Program-made: the position numbers and the translations under genes | Origin: the human T2T-CHM13v2.0 reference genome, Homo sapiens | Length of the DNA stretch: 64,000 bases | Direction: 5' to 3' (one strand) | Assembly (NCBI RefSeq): GCF_009914755.1 | Contig: NC_060926.1 | Shown here: positions 16,533 through 34,257 of the stretch, piece by piece | How positions within the stretch are numbered: position 1 is the first letter of the stretch | Layout of the letters: each line of letters opens with the position of its first letter | The notes under the pieces: generated by a model | What the model saw: only the letters and a program-made list of their open reading frames with translations | Told to the model about the DNA's origin: nothing | Database searches by the model: none

Positions 16533-16687
16533 CCTTATTTTTACAAAAATGACCATAAATCTTTGCTTCTTTCCTCTTAGGGATCTTTGCTAGTTTATGT
16601 GATTATGAAATCTTACTTACAACACCACATTGTTTGGGGTATACAGGGTGGAAGATAGCAAGTGAACAGGGGGTGCGGGTGGGGAGG

Positions 16688-16690
<3 letters not shown>

Positions 16691-16723
<33 letters not shown>
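16691..16723. repeat. (TG)n microsatellite
   Basis: About 16 TG units. Confidence 0.97.
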
Positions 16724-16731
<8 letters not shown>

Positions 16732-17021
16732 ACAAACTAACGGCCTGAGGCTAATAGGTTCAGCATTCCTTTCAGATACTATATGCAAAAAGGTGGGAAC
16801 CTAAGGTCTGTTCCTGGAGGCTTTTCAGTGAAGCCTGGCATAGGATCGGCAAGTTAAAATATGTATTAATTTTTACAGCTGCCTAATCAGAATGATTCAG
16901 CAGATTTACAGGCCAAATTTTTCCTACAAAACCAGTGACATCACAGCTAAACATCTAGAACTTTCATAGATTATTGTACAAATTTATTAAAAGGCACAGT
17001 AATTTATGGTCTATCATGTAA

Positions 17022-17404
<383 letters not shown>

Positions 17405-17894
17405 AGAGTGTTTTCTTAATGTAACAAGTTTAATCTGAAGTAAGTCTTAAATCTCCTAGTATATTTTTTGGAAAAAAAAAAAGCCAAAGAAACAAAACCA
17501 GAGTGTTGAAATGCTACCTCCAATATATGTATAACTCAAACTGATAATTGGCATGGTTTCTGACAGTGCTGCTGTTTACCAGCAGGTTATTGACAGACTG
17601 ACACCTGTTCCATTCTTGAATAAATATAAACTTTGTCTCTCTAGCTCTTAGTTTAATAAAAATCCCTGAGAAGGAGGATGTGCAGGGTGGAGTTGCTGGA
17701 GAAAACTTAATGTCTTGTAGAACTCATAACTACTCAATTTACCAACTTAAAAATTAAGCTACATATTAGGAAATGTAGTTTATCACATGTAATAAGGAAT
17801 TGAGATTATCAGGAAATCTTGGGTGAGGCTCAGGATCCAACATATAACTGGGCCCAGCACATAAAACTGTTACCTGACTTCAATAAGAAATTTT

Positions 17895-18232
<338 letters not shown>

Positions 18233-18427
18233 TCAGATTTTGTAGCACATCTCTTAACTGCAGCTTGATAATTCCACTGAAATTAATTCTATTGGTCATA
18301 TTAAAGAACAGGTTAAAAAGTCTTTATTGCTGTACTGTAAAGCCTGTTTTGAGTGGAAGACCCTAATCTTCTTTTAGTGAATTCCCCAAACTCTGGGTAT
18401 GCTCACTGACAACACAAGTTGTAATCC

Positions 18428-18595
18428 CTTTTTTTTTTTTTTTTGAGACAGGGTCTCACTCTCTCGCCCAGGCTGGAGTGCAGTAGCCTGATCACAGCTC
18501 ACTGAAGCCTCAGCCTCCCAGGCTCAAGTGATCCTGCCGCCTTGGCCTCCCAAAGTGCTGGGAGAATTATAGGCATGAGCCATCATGCCCAGCCC
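18428..18595 (-). mobile_element. Alu monomer or deleted AluJ
   Basis: Short antisense Alu with poly-T. Confidence 0.8.
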
Positions 18596-18681
18596 ATTTT
18601 ATTTTTAATATATCATCAATTATTTCTTATACAGATCCATTAGGATGTTGAATGCTCCTTTAAAACTTTGTTGTATTTGTC

Positions 18682-18980
<299 letters not shown>

Positions 18981-19029
18981 TTACATTTGTCTTTAAAAGT
19001 CATAAGGCCTAGATCAGTCTTGTATGTGA

Positions 19030-19343
<314 letters not shown>

Positions 19344-19679
19344 CAGGTATTTTTTTTCTCTTTTGTTCACTGATTCGTATCTCCTTATCGTAGAGTGGCG
19401 CCTGCCACATAGGAGGCCTGCAGATACTTGCTTAATGAATGGCAAGTGGGTGTCAAAAATCTCTACTTGTATTACTGTTTTGACACCTTGACCTGAAGAA
19501 GTTAACCACAAATAATAAAATTCCAGTTTTTCTTTATCCTCATGTAACTGCTTTTGTCTCTTATGACAAGAATGCTGAAGTTTCAAGGAGAAAATTGATT
19601 TGAGTCTGTACTGCCAAAATAAATGGTTTGTCAAAACTCTGGCCCCTACTTTGTAAACTATTGGTAAGTTTAAGAAGTC

Positions 19680-19865
19680 AGCCAGGCACGGTGGCTCACG
19701 CCTGTAATCCCAGCAGTTTGGGAGGCCAAGGCTGGCAGGTCACTTGAGATCAGGAGTTCGAGACCAGCCTGGCCAACATGGGAAAACCCTGTCTCTACTA
19801 AAAGTACAAAAATTAGCCAGGCCTGGTGGCACACACCTGTAATCCCAGCTACTCGGGAGGCTGAG
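19680..19865 (+). mobile_element. 3'-truncated AluS
   Basis: Ends abruptly after ggaggctgag. Confidence 0.85.
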
Positions 19866-20253
19866 TTTCTTGAAGGAGCATTTTGCAGCTAGCACCTGAC
19901 AGGCATAGTGGAGAAGTTGCCTGTTACTGAGAACAAACATCGCAAGATCCTCAGGATTACTTTCTTTCCTCCCCTTTCTATAGTCTCTATTCTGTTTTCT
20001 TGATCTTAATGTCACCTTTGTAGTGAGCCACCTCACATATTTTAGGAAAGTTGTATAATTTGTGTAATATTTTGTCTTTCAGAATTCATCCAGTAAGTAT
20101 GAGCACTTAAAACTAGGAATCGAACTTGGAGAGGCTGTTGCCTCATCTAGCACAAGTATGTCATAGGCAGTATGGAGAAAGATCAACTATCTTTTCAGTA
20201 AGGAACAAAAAAGTCTGATACAGTGGAGAAAACTATTCTAGACAGAAATTTAA

Positions 20254-20572
<319 letters not shown>

Positions 20573-20852
20573 AATTGTTCTATTTTTGATACTTCTCAGA
20601 GCTTTTAATCTCTTTAACTTAAAAGAACAGTCACCCAGGCTGAATACGTGGTCTCAGTGCAGAATTACACGAAAGAAATTTGGCCCAATTTGTCTCAAAG
20701 ACCCTTACAACTCCATCAAGTAAGAGAGGGAAGGGATATTGCATGAACATAGCAACTATCCCTGCTTTCAAGTGGTTTAGCAGGTTAGGTAGAACCATTT
20801 ACTAGAAAAGGGTGCTGAAAAGAAAATCCAGAGCTGTCTTCTGTGTTAAGTC

Positions 20853-21151
<299 letters not shown>

Positions 21152-21189
21152 TCATCTAGTCACAGAAAACCTGAAAATAAGTTGACAAG

Positions 21190-21870
21190 ATGTAAACTAA
21201 TGGGAACTCTTAAAATTGGTAACACTGCTTGGAAAATGAATTTAGCATTTATAACCTTTTAAAACTGAACATGTGCATGCCCTACAACCCATCAATTTCA
21301 CTTTAAAGCATTTATGGAAAAAGTGCACCATGGTGCATTAACAAGCAAAGTAGTCAAAATACTTGATTTTAAGTCGTAGACATTCACCAATCAGACCACC
21401 AGTTAATCGGAACTTGAACCAGCTGTAAACAATATGGCCTTGCAGAGGCGTTCCCCATGGCATTCACAGTAGCAAAAGGATCCAAATGCCCAAAAAAATG
21501 ACCCAAATGCCCATTGACAGGAGCATTGGTATATTATGGTATATTTCTAGAACAGAAAGCAACAATGAAAATGATTCACAGTGTTATGCATTAGCATGGC
21601 TAAATCTATGAGGAATACTGAGGTTGAATAGTTCACAAATAAAACTTGTGTTTTAGGATACGCAAAGAAAAGAGAATGGGAAACAGTCGCCTCCTGGGGA
21701 TCATAATGGGAGAAGGAGGAGCATACAGAATCTCAACAGTATTGTTGATGTCCTGTCTCTTGGATGTTAGGTTCATGTGTTTTGGTAGGCGGTGGCTTCA
21801 CAAGTTTTTATTATGTCTCAGCCTCCATATATGCTACATGTATTGTTTTGTACATTTTTAAAGTATGTAT
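21190..21870 (+). mobile_element. Very old L1ME-like 3' fragments
   Basis: Degenerate similarity (atgccctacaaccc..., cccaaatgcccattgacagga...). Confidence 0.45.
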
Positions 21871-22399
21871 ATGATCCGATTCATATATAATTGTATCTGT
21901 ATACACAAACATTTTTATTTTAAAAAGCTGGTTAATAAGATTACATAAATGATAATTTCAGAAAATGCTACAGGAATTCAAGCATGGCACACAGCCTGCA
22001 CTTACTAAGCACTCAAATGATGATGAGCTGATTAATTTAAGCTGGGTCTCAAAGGATGGATACCAGACAGAAATTTTAAATGAGAGTGATGAAGAGAGCA
22101 CACTACAGTAATATGCAAGGTCAAAGAAGTGGGAAAGTTCAAAACAAGTATGAGTGTTTCTCTCATTCTTACTGGATAATAGGAGATACATTTAGGAAAG
22201 GAGAGTTAGGAAATTAGAATGGGGACAACCTGGAGGCACTGCAGGACACAGTGCAGGAGATGATCAAGTTATGGACAATCAATGCTTTTTTAGTGGGGAA
22301 AAGCCATGCCTAGAGACAAAGGAATAAATTGTTCAGTTAAGTGTTTTGAGTTCTCATCCAATCCCAGGTCAAATGAAAAGAGGCAAGAAGGAAGCTAAC

Positions 22400-22610
22400 A
22401 ACACCTACTGTGGACCAGTGCACTGCTAGTTTGCTCGCTATCAAATTCGCCCCAGACGCTTTTACAGAGTAGGTGGTATCACCCTACTTTTACATTTAAT
22501 GAGAGGTGCCAGGGTTAAATGATTTGACCACGTTCATACAGCTAGTAAAATGGTAGTACCTGAATTCAAACCAAGTGTATATGATTCTAAAGTATATTCA
22601 CTTTTCTCCA
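22400..22610 (-). mobile_element. MIR
   Basis: gggttaaatgatttgacc...cagctagtaa...gaattcaaacc core. Confidence 0.6.
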
Positions 22611-23574
22611 CACACCAACATAGTTTAAAAAACAAAACAAACTCAGGAATGAGAACACTCAAGAAGGCTTAGTTGGTAGTAACCCTTTACTTGAAGTCAA
22701 AACTTAAGCAATAAGCTGCTTCCCTGATAGCTTAATGAATATTTATGTGTATTTGCTGGCTTTTATATGCAAATTTTACATGTTTCCTTTGTAAAGATTT
22801 TGGGATCCTAAAGAACCTTCTCATAACTGTACTTTGTGCGTTATACAGCCACTTGCATTTCCTTCATGGCACAACTCACTGTGCCTTGTATTTTAGTTGT
22901 GTCCATATCTGTCTAGCTTGGAAGCTCTAGAAAGGTAAGGCCATGTTGTCTTCATCATTGTGGTACTTGCCATGCCTCTGTATTTTTCATGTAGCGGACA
23001 TTAATTGTTCAGTAAATATTTTATACTCGAGGCTGGAAATTAATCATCACAACACCGGTACCTTGCAAAAACAAGGGGAAGAGCAGAGAGAAGTCAGGAA
23101 GGATCCTTAGGGAAAAGCTAGAGGAATGAAGCTTGAAGCAGCCATTTTCCTCAAGATTTTCACAACCAGTTGATGCTTCTTGGCCCATTCTCCCATTTAT
23201 AGGCCAGGGAGAAAGAGTCAAAGGCATGTGTAAGGAAAAATAAGTTCCCAGTTGGCCCCCTCCTCGTACTTGTAGGTGAATTTGTCATTATTGTGCTGTG
23301 TGTGGAAGCACAAGAAGGAAGGAATTAACTCGTTCTTCAGAACTGCTGATTGAGGAGCTATTTGCTGGAAGTACCACAAGTAGGCAGAGCCAGGTTGCCT
23401 TTTAAGAGTAATCATTTTATTAGCCAAAAAATCTGGAAGCAATCCAAATATTGAAATGACTTAAATGGTCCATCCACTCTGGAATATTACGCAGTCATTG
23501 AAAACGTTTCGAAAGACTAGCAACATGAAAAAAGCCGTGATATGGAGACCAAAAAAAAAAAAAAAAGATTTACA

Positions 23575-23841
23575 CTGGGTGTGGTGGCTTAGGATTGTAA
23601 TCCCAGTGGGAGGATTGCCTGAGTTCAGTTCAAGGCCAGCCTGGGCCACATAGGACTCTGCTCTACAAGGCATGTTTAAAAATTAGGCGGGCGTGGCGGC
23701 ACCTGTGGTCCCAGCTACTTAGGAGGCTGAGGCGGGAGAACTGCTTGAACCCGGGAGGCAGAGGTATGCAGTGAGCCGAGATCGTGCCACTGCTCCAGCC
23801 TGGGCGACAGAGCGGGACTCAGTCTCAAAAAGAAAGAAAAA
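23575..23841 (+). mobile_element. Alu (old, internally deleted)
   Basis: Dimer with deletions in the left arm. Confidence 0.85.
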
Positions 23842-24059
23842 GCCGGTTATACCTTAGGAGGGACATAAGGAAAGGATGGGATCAAAAAGCTGTTTAGAAT
23901 TCTTTTTATTTGTTCATTCAACATGCATGTATTAAGCACCCACGTAGTCAAAGGCTAGGACAAAGCCAAAAAGATTACTGCTGCAGATTCACAGTTACAA
24001 TAGAATGGCCCCTTCTCACAAGAAGCCACCGTATTCACACGTTGTGCTTTTCTCAGTTC

Positions 24060-24960
24060 AAGCGGCCTCTTCCTTTTGAGTAACCAGGGTAACCACGCTG
24101 TGCCCGCGTGTGCCGGGCGGGGAGGGGAGGCCGCAGCCCCAGCCCCGGGGGCCTGGTTGTCTAATCGAAGGGAAGTAAACGGCCCCAACGCAAGCCTGAC
24201 TGCGAGACGTGCCCAAGGGAGGTAGGTCGAATGAAGAGGGTTGTGTGAGTTTTGCGCGGGCAGGCGGGATAACGGAGGAGGGAGGCCCGCGGCCGAGGCT
24301 CGGGCGGGCGGGGGGCAGGGAGGGGCGGGGTTCGCCGGCGCGCACTCCCAGGCAGGCCCCGCCCCCTCGGCCGGCTGTGCGCGCTGATTGGCCCCTGCCG
24401 GCCTCGCGCTCCCTCGCTCCGGGTTGGCGGGAGACCTTAGAGCGGGTACCGCTGCTGGCTAGCGACCGACGAGCAACCGTCTGAGGCCAGGAGCGCTGCG
24501 ACGGAGCCTTGACCGCCGTTGCCCGGCCCTCTCCCGCGCAGCCCCGGGCTTCCGCAGGTACCTGTGCTCGCCCCCGGGAAGGGGCCTCGCAGGCGAATCT
24601 CCAGTTTCGAGTGTGCCCGGTCCCTGGGTTCGCTCGCCGGCGACCCCACCGCCCGCCTTAGATGAGAAGGCAGCGCTCCAGCCTCGTCCTCACGCCGCCT
24701 CCCGTGGGCGCCCTCAGCTGCCTTCGCGGCGACGACACACGCGCTCCCCGCAGCGGGCTCTGGGCTGAGGGACCTGGCGAGGGAGGCAGTGGCCGCGCAG
24801 GTTGGGGCTTTGGCCGCCCTCCGCCCGGCGGCGTAGCGGGTGAAGGTTCCAGGGGAAGGACGGGCAGGGCCGATACCGGAGGCTGCTCCCGAAGCTCGGC
24901 CGTCTGCTCGGAGGGAGGGCCCTGGGCAGGCGCTCCCGTCTCCACGTGTGCCTGCCGCCT
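24060..24960 (+). promoter_or_regulatory. SPDYA: CpG island / SPDYA promoter
   Basis: Abrupt GC- and CpG-rich segment. GC boxes at 24323 and 24357, inverted CCAAT (ATTGG) at 24387-24391, E2F-like TTGGCGGGA at 24424-24432. Confidence 0.9.
24446..24557 (+). other. SPDYA: SPDYA non-coding first exon (start approximate)
   Basis: ATG-free GC-rich stretch downstream of the CCAAT/GC boxes, ending at donor CAG|GTACCT (24558). The TSS cannot be fixed from sequence. Confidence 0.65.
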
Positions 24961-25194
24961 TTATTGTGGGAGGAATGGAGATTTGGGGGGTCTTTTTGAT
25001 AAATCCTACCTCCTTATGTCCCATTAAACACCTCTTTTTGTCCCCAAGATCGTCTGCCCCAGAATTTTGAGATCTGAGCTGCTGTGTCTCAGTACCAGGC
25101 CCGTAGCTCATTTCTCAGAATTCACGAAGATTCTCTTACATGACATCCAGTAGGACTGGAGGGCCCCTAGCCTCAATCTTTTAAAAAGCCTTAT

Positions 25195-25621
<427 letters not shown>

Positions 25622-25644
25622 TTAATATTTAAAACTGATTTACT

Positions 25645-25855
25645 GGTTAAAGAATATGGGACTTTGATGTCAGTTCTGCATTCAAATTCTAGCTTTATCA
25701 CTTACTATGAGCCTTTGGGAAATTTCTTAACTTCTTTAAGCCTCAAATTTCTTATCTAGAAAATAAGGATAAAATAATACCTACCACACAGAGATGTTTT
25801 GAGAATTAAATGAGATAATGCATGTAACACATTCATCAGTGTCTGGCACATATTC
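25645..25855 (+). mobile_element. MIR
   Basis: Near full-length consensus match (gcctcaaatttcttatct...gaattaaatgagataatgcatgtaa). Confidence 0.8.
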
Positions 25856-26072
25856 TCTGTGTGTGACTGCATTCATAAGGAAGTTAAGGCTTACTTGCCT
25901 GTCCTGACTGAGTTGCCAATGGATATTGCTATTAGGTTTTTCATATAGGCAAATGAATCCCCAGACAACTTCTGCTTGTTTCATATTATGGCTGGGAACC
26001 ACCACCCTTTATATCACCCCCCAGAGAAGAGGTTATTTCAGATGCCTCTAGAATTTTTGTGATTTACTTACC

Positions 26073-26107
26073 AAAAAAAAAAGAAAGAAAGAAAGAAAGA
26101 AAGAAAA
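26073..26107. repeat. A/(GAAA)n tract
   Basis: Read directly. Confidence 0.9.
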
Positions 26108-26188
26108 TCCCAAACATCCTATTCAAGTATGAATCCTGGTATGATTTTTTTAATGTTCATGGAGTCCATATAAAAATTCACTGAAGGA

Positions 26189-26572
<384 letters not shown>

Positions 26573-27143
26573 TCATATTTTTAATTTGGTTTTCGTTCTT
26601 TTCCTCTTGCTTGCTCTATAAGAACTCTCATTCTCTTAGTATATCTAAGTGAAGAGCAAAATTAAAAGATACCCTTAGGTAGAAATTGACCAAGACTAGC
26701 ATTGATAGCTTCTCTCCTTCAGCTTGTTGTATGTACCTTTTCTGCCAGTGTTTGCTTATTAAAGACAATGAAGCTCCACTTGGGGAATTTCAGACATTTT
26801 CTTCTCATTCAGTTTTCTGAAATTGTATGGGAAATATCCCAACACATACATAAGGGTTTAGAGGAATAGTGTAAAGACGCCTACTGTGGATATATTTTAC
26901 CTTTTTGATTGATAGAAAATTTGCATTATATTTTATGATATATCCATGGTTGTTTTAATATAAAAGCACTATTTTAGGTTACTTAGCATTGAGTAAAACT
27001 TATCTTCTGGAATATGTGCCACAGTTATTTTGTGTTCTGGTACATTCCACCCAAGTCTAGCCCCAACACTCAAATTTGAAGCAGAATTCTTAGCCACGGT
27101 ACTATACCACTGATAACTCCATACTAGAATTTGAGAATCCTGA

Positions 27144-27498
<355 letters not shown>

Positions 27499-27747
27499 TG
27501 AAAAAAATATGCAGATGAGGCCTCCAGCTGTCTCCCAGATGAGGTGGGCAGGAAAGAGCAGAACGTTCTTACTCAAGTCTCAAGGCTCAATTTATCACCT
27601 ACTCCTCTTTCTATGGAGTTTATAACCCGCACCCCAAGTACATAATTGCCTTCAATTTGGCAGGACTTTAGGATCTAGGAAGAAAGATGGGATGAGAGGA
27701 GCAATTAGATAAGTATATTCCTCTGCCTAGTTCTTCAAAATGTAGCC

Positions 27748-28194
27748 CTGCGCTATCTAATATGGTAGCCACTGGCCACTTGTGTCTATTAAACACTTGA
27801 AACTGAATAATTTAATTTTTACTTTAAAAACTGAAGGAGCATATTTTTCTCCTACAAATTACTTCATTTTTAAAAATAGGACTGCATTTCACTTTTACTG
27901 TTGAAAAATTAGTATCAGAACAGATTTGTATATAAGCATATTCATCTAAAGTAACAAAAAAAAGAAAAAAAGATTGAGATATGCTGTAAGAGGAAAATAC
28001 GCAGCAGATTTCAAAGACTTAGAATGTGAACTATCTCACTGATTTTTATATTGATTACATGTTAAAATGGCCTTTTGGACATATTGGGTTACATAAACTT
28101 TATTATTAAAAGTAATTTTATCTGTTTTGTTTTGTAAGGTGGCTCTAAAAATACAAAATTACATATGTGGCTTACATTATATTGGACAGTGCTG
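27748..28194. mobile_element. hAT-Charlie non-autonomous element (MER33/MER3-like)
   Basis: TIR-like ends ctgcgctatctaata and tattggacagtgctg; internal ggtagccactggccac. Confidence 0.75.
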
Positions 28195-28228
28195 TTCTAA
28201 CCTCGCTAAATCCAATCTTATTTTCCAG

Positions 28229-28302
28229 TCCTTCCTTCAGAAGGGAAATTTCTGAGGGTCAGGAAGGGGAATCTGTACCTCACTCCTTGAACACCAAGGA
28301 AG
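28229..28302 (+). other. SPDYA: Probable SPDYA 74-bp non-coding (5'UTR) cassette exon
   Basis: Acceptor tcttattttccAG ending 28228, donor AAG|GTATGG at 28303, no ATG inside. A second possible acceptor (cttccttcAG) ends at 28240. Confidence 0.55.
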
Positions 28303-28615
28303 GTATGGCTGCCTGAGTCACTGTGAGGTTGCATTCAGAGGTTCTCAGTAGGGTCCTAGAGTAGTTTCCTGTGTTGCCTATTCATACCTCAATTTCCCAT
28401 TATCCTAGAAATATTTGACCACAAAAATAATACTAAGTGTAGTAATTATGTGAACTAATCACCACCAAAGAAGGTGATGATTATGTATATTGTTAAATAT
28501 TGATAGATTAACTGTCTCAGATTTTATTAGATTATGACAACATACATTCATATACACTTATAATCAGTCACTCAAATAGCTTTGTCATACACTTACAACT
28601 TTAAAAATTAGAACA

Positions 28616-29005
<390 letters not shown>

Positions 29006-29630
29006 TCAAAGCACATCTACATTTTTTGCTAGAATTGCTTTCAACTTTTCAATAAATACCAATAAATGCTTATTGAATAAGTGAATTTTATAATATATCA
29101 AGGAATTTACCAATAAAGAGATATGGGGTTTTGTGGGAGGGGGGGTGCTTTGTAATTTAATACTTGATAATACATTCTGGAAATAGTTGTCCTTGTTTAT
29201 AAAAAATTTGAGGTGGCATATAACAACAATATAATAAAATTATGTCAATTCAAGCAGAATAGAAAAAATTAGAAAATTAGCCGGAAAAAAGAAGACTACA
29301 AATAAATTATGAAGTCAGCATCATTTCTATAATTAACTTTCAAATTTGGTCGAGTTCTGCAGCCAAAGCAAAATGGCATACAGTATCTTCTTATTTGGGA
29401 AGAGGATGTCCGTTTGTTACCCAAAAGAAGCATAGCTTTTCCTAGCGCTGAATTTCAAAAGCAATTTTTAATGGGAGTCACTGTCACAAATAACATTTTA
29501 ATGGCAAGTTTAGTAACATTTTATATGACTGCATATGGTAGTATCATCCAGTTAGTTGTTTATATATGAAATGAATGTGTGTGATGAATAATTGTATGTT
29601 TTATTTTTACAGGAATATTGGGAAACCAAA

Positions 29631-29865
29631 ATGAGGCACAATCAGATGTGTTGTGAGACACCACCTACTGTCACTGTTTATGTAAAATCAGGGTCAAATA
29701 GATCACATCAGCCTAAAAAGCCCATTACTCTGAAGCGTCCTATTTGTAAAGATAATTGGCAAGCATTTGAAAAAAATACACATAATAACAACAAATCTAA
29801 ACGCCCCAAAGGACCTTGTCTGGTTATACAGCGTCAGGATATGACTGCTTTCTTTAAATTATTTG
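29631..29865 (+). CDS. SPDYA: Speedy protein A, first coding exon (exon starts 29613, ATG 29631)
   Basis: Acceptor tttttacAG ending 29612, ATG in context aaaATGA, translates MRHNQMCCETPPTVTVYVKSGSNRSHQPKK...MTAFFKLF, donor G|GTAGGT at 29866 (235 coding nt). Confidence 0.96.
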
Positions 29866-30196
29866 GTAGGTTTAAAATATTGTAATAGTGGTAATTATAA
29901 AGTACTAAAAACCTAGAATGTAAACATCTAAATGTTTTTATTCTGATCAAAGAGGATATCATTATTTTTGTATTAAATTTCCCATCTCCAACCAAATTTG
30001 TTTTTGTTTTACTTAGTCTTTTTTTTTCAATGTTGGGTTTTTGTTTGTTTTGTTTCCTTATGGATTAAAAATTCATACTCATCTAGCTTCTAGACTACTT
30101 AAATCCAGATGTCAAATGTAAATTCTGGGCAATTCAACTTCATAGCCCATGGCATGAGTTTTATTTGACCTAAAATAAAATACTACATAAAGACTC

Positions 30197-30290
30197 AGGT
30201 GAGCTAACTGACCCAGTTTGACTGGGCCTAAGGGGTTTCCCAGGACTTTCTCTGCTAAACCCAAGAAAACTAGGAAGCTTGGTCACACTA
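30197..30290. mobile_element. hAT-Blackjack MITE (MER94/MER81-like)
   Basis: aggggtttcccaggactttctctgctaaacc...ttggtcacacta. Confidence 0.55.
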
Positions 30291-30880
30291 GAGAAGTTTC
30301 AGGATAACAGTTTGGGAACATTGTCAAAAATTAACTATGCTTTATCATGTCCATATAATGAAACTGAGTTTGAATTTGTTTAGGTTATGAGACAGTGCTA
30401 CTTTGCTGATAATTTCTTAACATTGGCAAAAAGAAACTTCTTTATAGTACTGTACTCCTAACTAGGAAAGAGAGGGAATTTTTTTTTTTTTGAGGTAGGG
30501 TAATAAGGTAAACAGATTAGAAAAAGGGGTAGGATAGATGAGTTCTGAAAAATATTTGGAGTAATGAATCAAGTCAAGTAGATGCTACAGTCTGGTAGAT
30601 TGTAGCTTGCTTGTTTCTAGAGGAAGGTCAGGCGCATTAAAGCAAGCTAGTTACGATTTAAAGAAAAGCAAAATGAAAAGATGAAACAGGAAAAAATGTA
30701 AGGAATATAAGTAGAAAAAGATATAAAGATGCTTCCCCATCAGATTTAGAATGTTAATAAAAGTTCCCCTTCTTTTCATTAAGAGCAGAACAAAATTATT
30801 ACCTGCAAACTTTTTTAGTACCCAAAACTCATCATCAGAAACACGGGAAAATACCTGGCTGTACCATTTTAGGTAACTTA

Positions 30881-32080
<1,200 letters not shown>

Positions 32081-32664
32081 GAAAGAGAGAAAGGGGGAAT
32101 GGAAAAACAGATTTTTCTAGATTACATTCTGACAACTATTAATGTATTTTGAGATTATATATTTTAGCCCTTTAGAATTGAAATATTTTACCTACTTTCT
32201 AGATGTTATTATTTTTAACAATGTGTTTGTTTGTTGATCTTTTTATCCTAATAGTTTTTTCAAAATGTTAATTATAAATAATGAATTATGAATCCTTTTT
32301 ATATAGACATTTTCATATGTATTTGAGTAATAGAAAGTGGAATAGAGATAAATAGGAGAGAAGAATGCAAAACTAAAAATACTGTTGGATATTCAGTAAA
32401 CCAAACACTTCTACCATTCTCCAATCTGAGCCATATGTTAAGGCAAATCAGATGGCTTGATGAAGGATAAAGCAGTAGTTTTTCGTACAGTCTTTGCAAT
32501 GGTAAATACACCAAAGAACTGAAAACTCCACCTTAGGCAACACTGGTTCATTCATTTTTGTTTTATTTCTAAGCACCATGTATAATCTCTTGACATAGAA
32601 ATTAATTCTTCAAAAGGAAACATTCTGCTTTTAAAAGACAAGTTATAGCTATCTTTTGTTGTAG

Positions 32665-32723
32665 ATGACGATTTAATTCAAGATTTCTTGTGGATGGACT
32701 GCTGCTGTAAAATTGCAGACAAG
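32665..32723 (+). CDS. SPDYA: Speedy A coding exon 2 (59 bp)
   Basis: Acceptor ttttgttgtAG, donor AAG|GTAAAT. Translates (D)DDLIQDFLWMDCCCKIADK, the start of the Speedy/RINGO box; phase is consistent. Confidence 0.96.
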
Positions 32724-32779
32724 GTAAATTTGGTAACAGTATAACAATTAACCAGCATTATAATGTAACTGAACCATTA

Positions 32780-33160
<381 letters not shown>

Positions 33161-33319
33161 AGAGCTAGCCTGCACTGCTCCTTCAAAGCAGAAGCTTTAC
33201 ACATGAATTTCTGGAATTAGCATATAGCATAGATTCAGTCTATACTTAAGGAATTGTAGAATATTATTGATTACATTTAAATGACCTTAAATTTGTATTT
33301 GATTGAAAACAGAAATCAA

Positions 33320-33433
33320 AACAGGTGTGGCAGCTCATGCCTGTAATCCCAACACTGTGGAAGGCCAAGGCGAGAGGATCACTTAAGCCCAGGAGTTCCA
33401 AGACCAGCCTTGGCAACATAGGGAGACCTGGTC

Positions 33434-33501
<68 letters not shown>

Positions 33502-33620
33502 ATCCTGAGGCAGGAGGATTGCTTGAGCCAGGGAGGTCAAGGCTGCAGTGAGCTGTGGTACCACCACTGCACTCCAGCCTGGGTGACAGAGCCAGACCCT
33601 GTCTCAAAAACGAACAAAAA
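33320..33620 (+). mobile_element. AluJ with the linker expanded to A28(TA)n
   Basis: Left arm, A-run, (TA)n at 33466-33496, then a truncated right arm. Confidence 0.85.
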
Positions 33621-33912
33621 CCAAAGAACCACAAACAGAAAATCAGTATAGACTTAATACATTTTGATCAGTTATTACCTTTTATCAGGCTGTGGAGAAA
33701 AAATATTCTGAGATTTACTTTACTAAGGTAGTCTGCATTTTAGTATTTTGTAAGTCAGAGAAAACAAATCTCAGTAATTTGTAGGGTAAAATTAGTTTAA
33801 CATGTTGTTTAGGAATCAGTGTTTCATAAAAGAATGTCTGACTTACACACTGGGAGCAGCGATGTTTCTATATTCTTTAGATTTTGTTGAATGGTTAAAA
33901 TTTCAGCTTTGT

Positions 33913-34257
<345 letters not shown>

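Larger units (their letters stand above)
12917..16552 (+). other. PPP1CB: PPP1CB long 3'UTR (about 3.6 kb) with tandem poly(A) signals
   Basis: AU-rich, free of interspersed repeats after the stop. Hexamers: ATTAAA 13153 and 13481; AATAAA 14861, 15235/15239, 16209 and 16387; distal ATTAAA 16527 followed by a U-rich element. The end coordinate is estimated. Confidence 0.8.
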
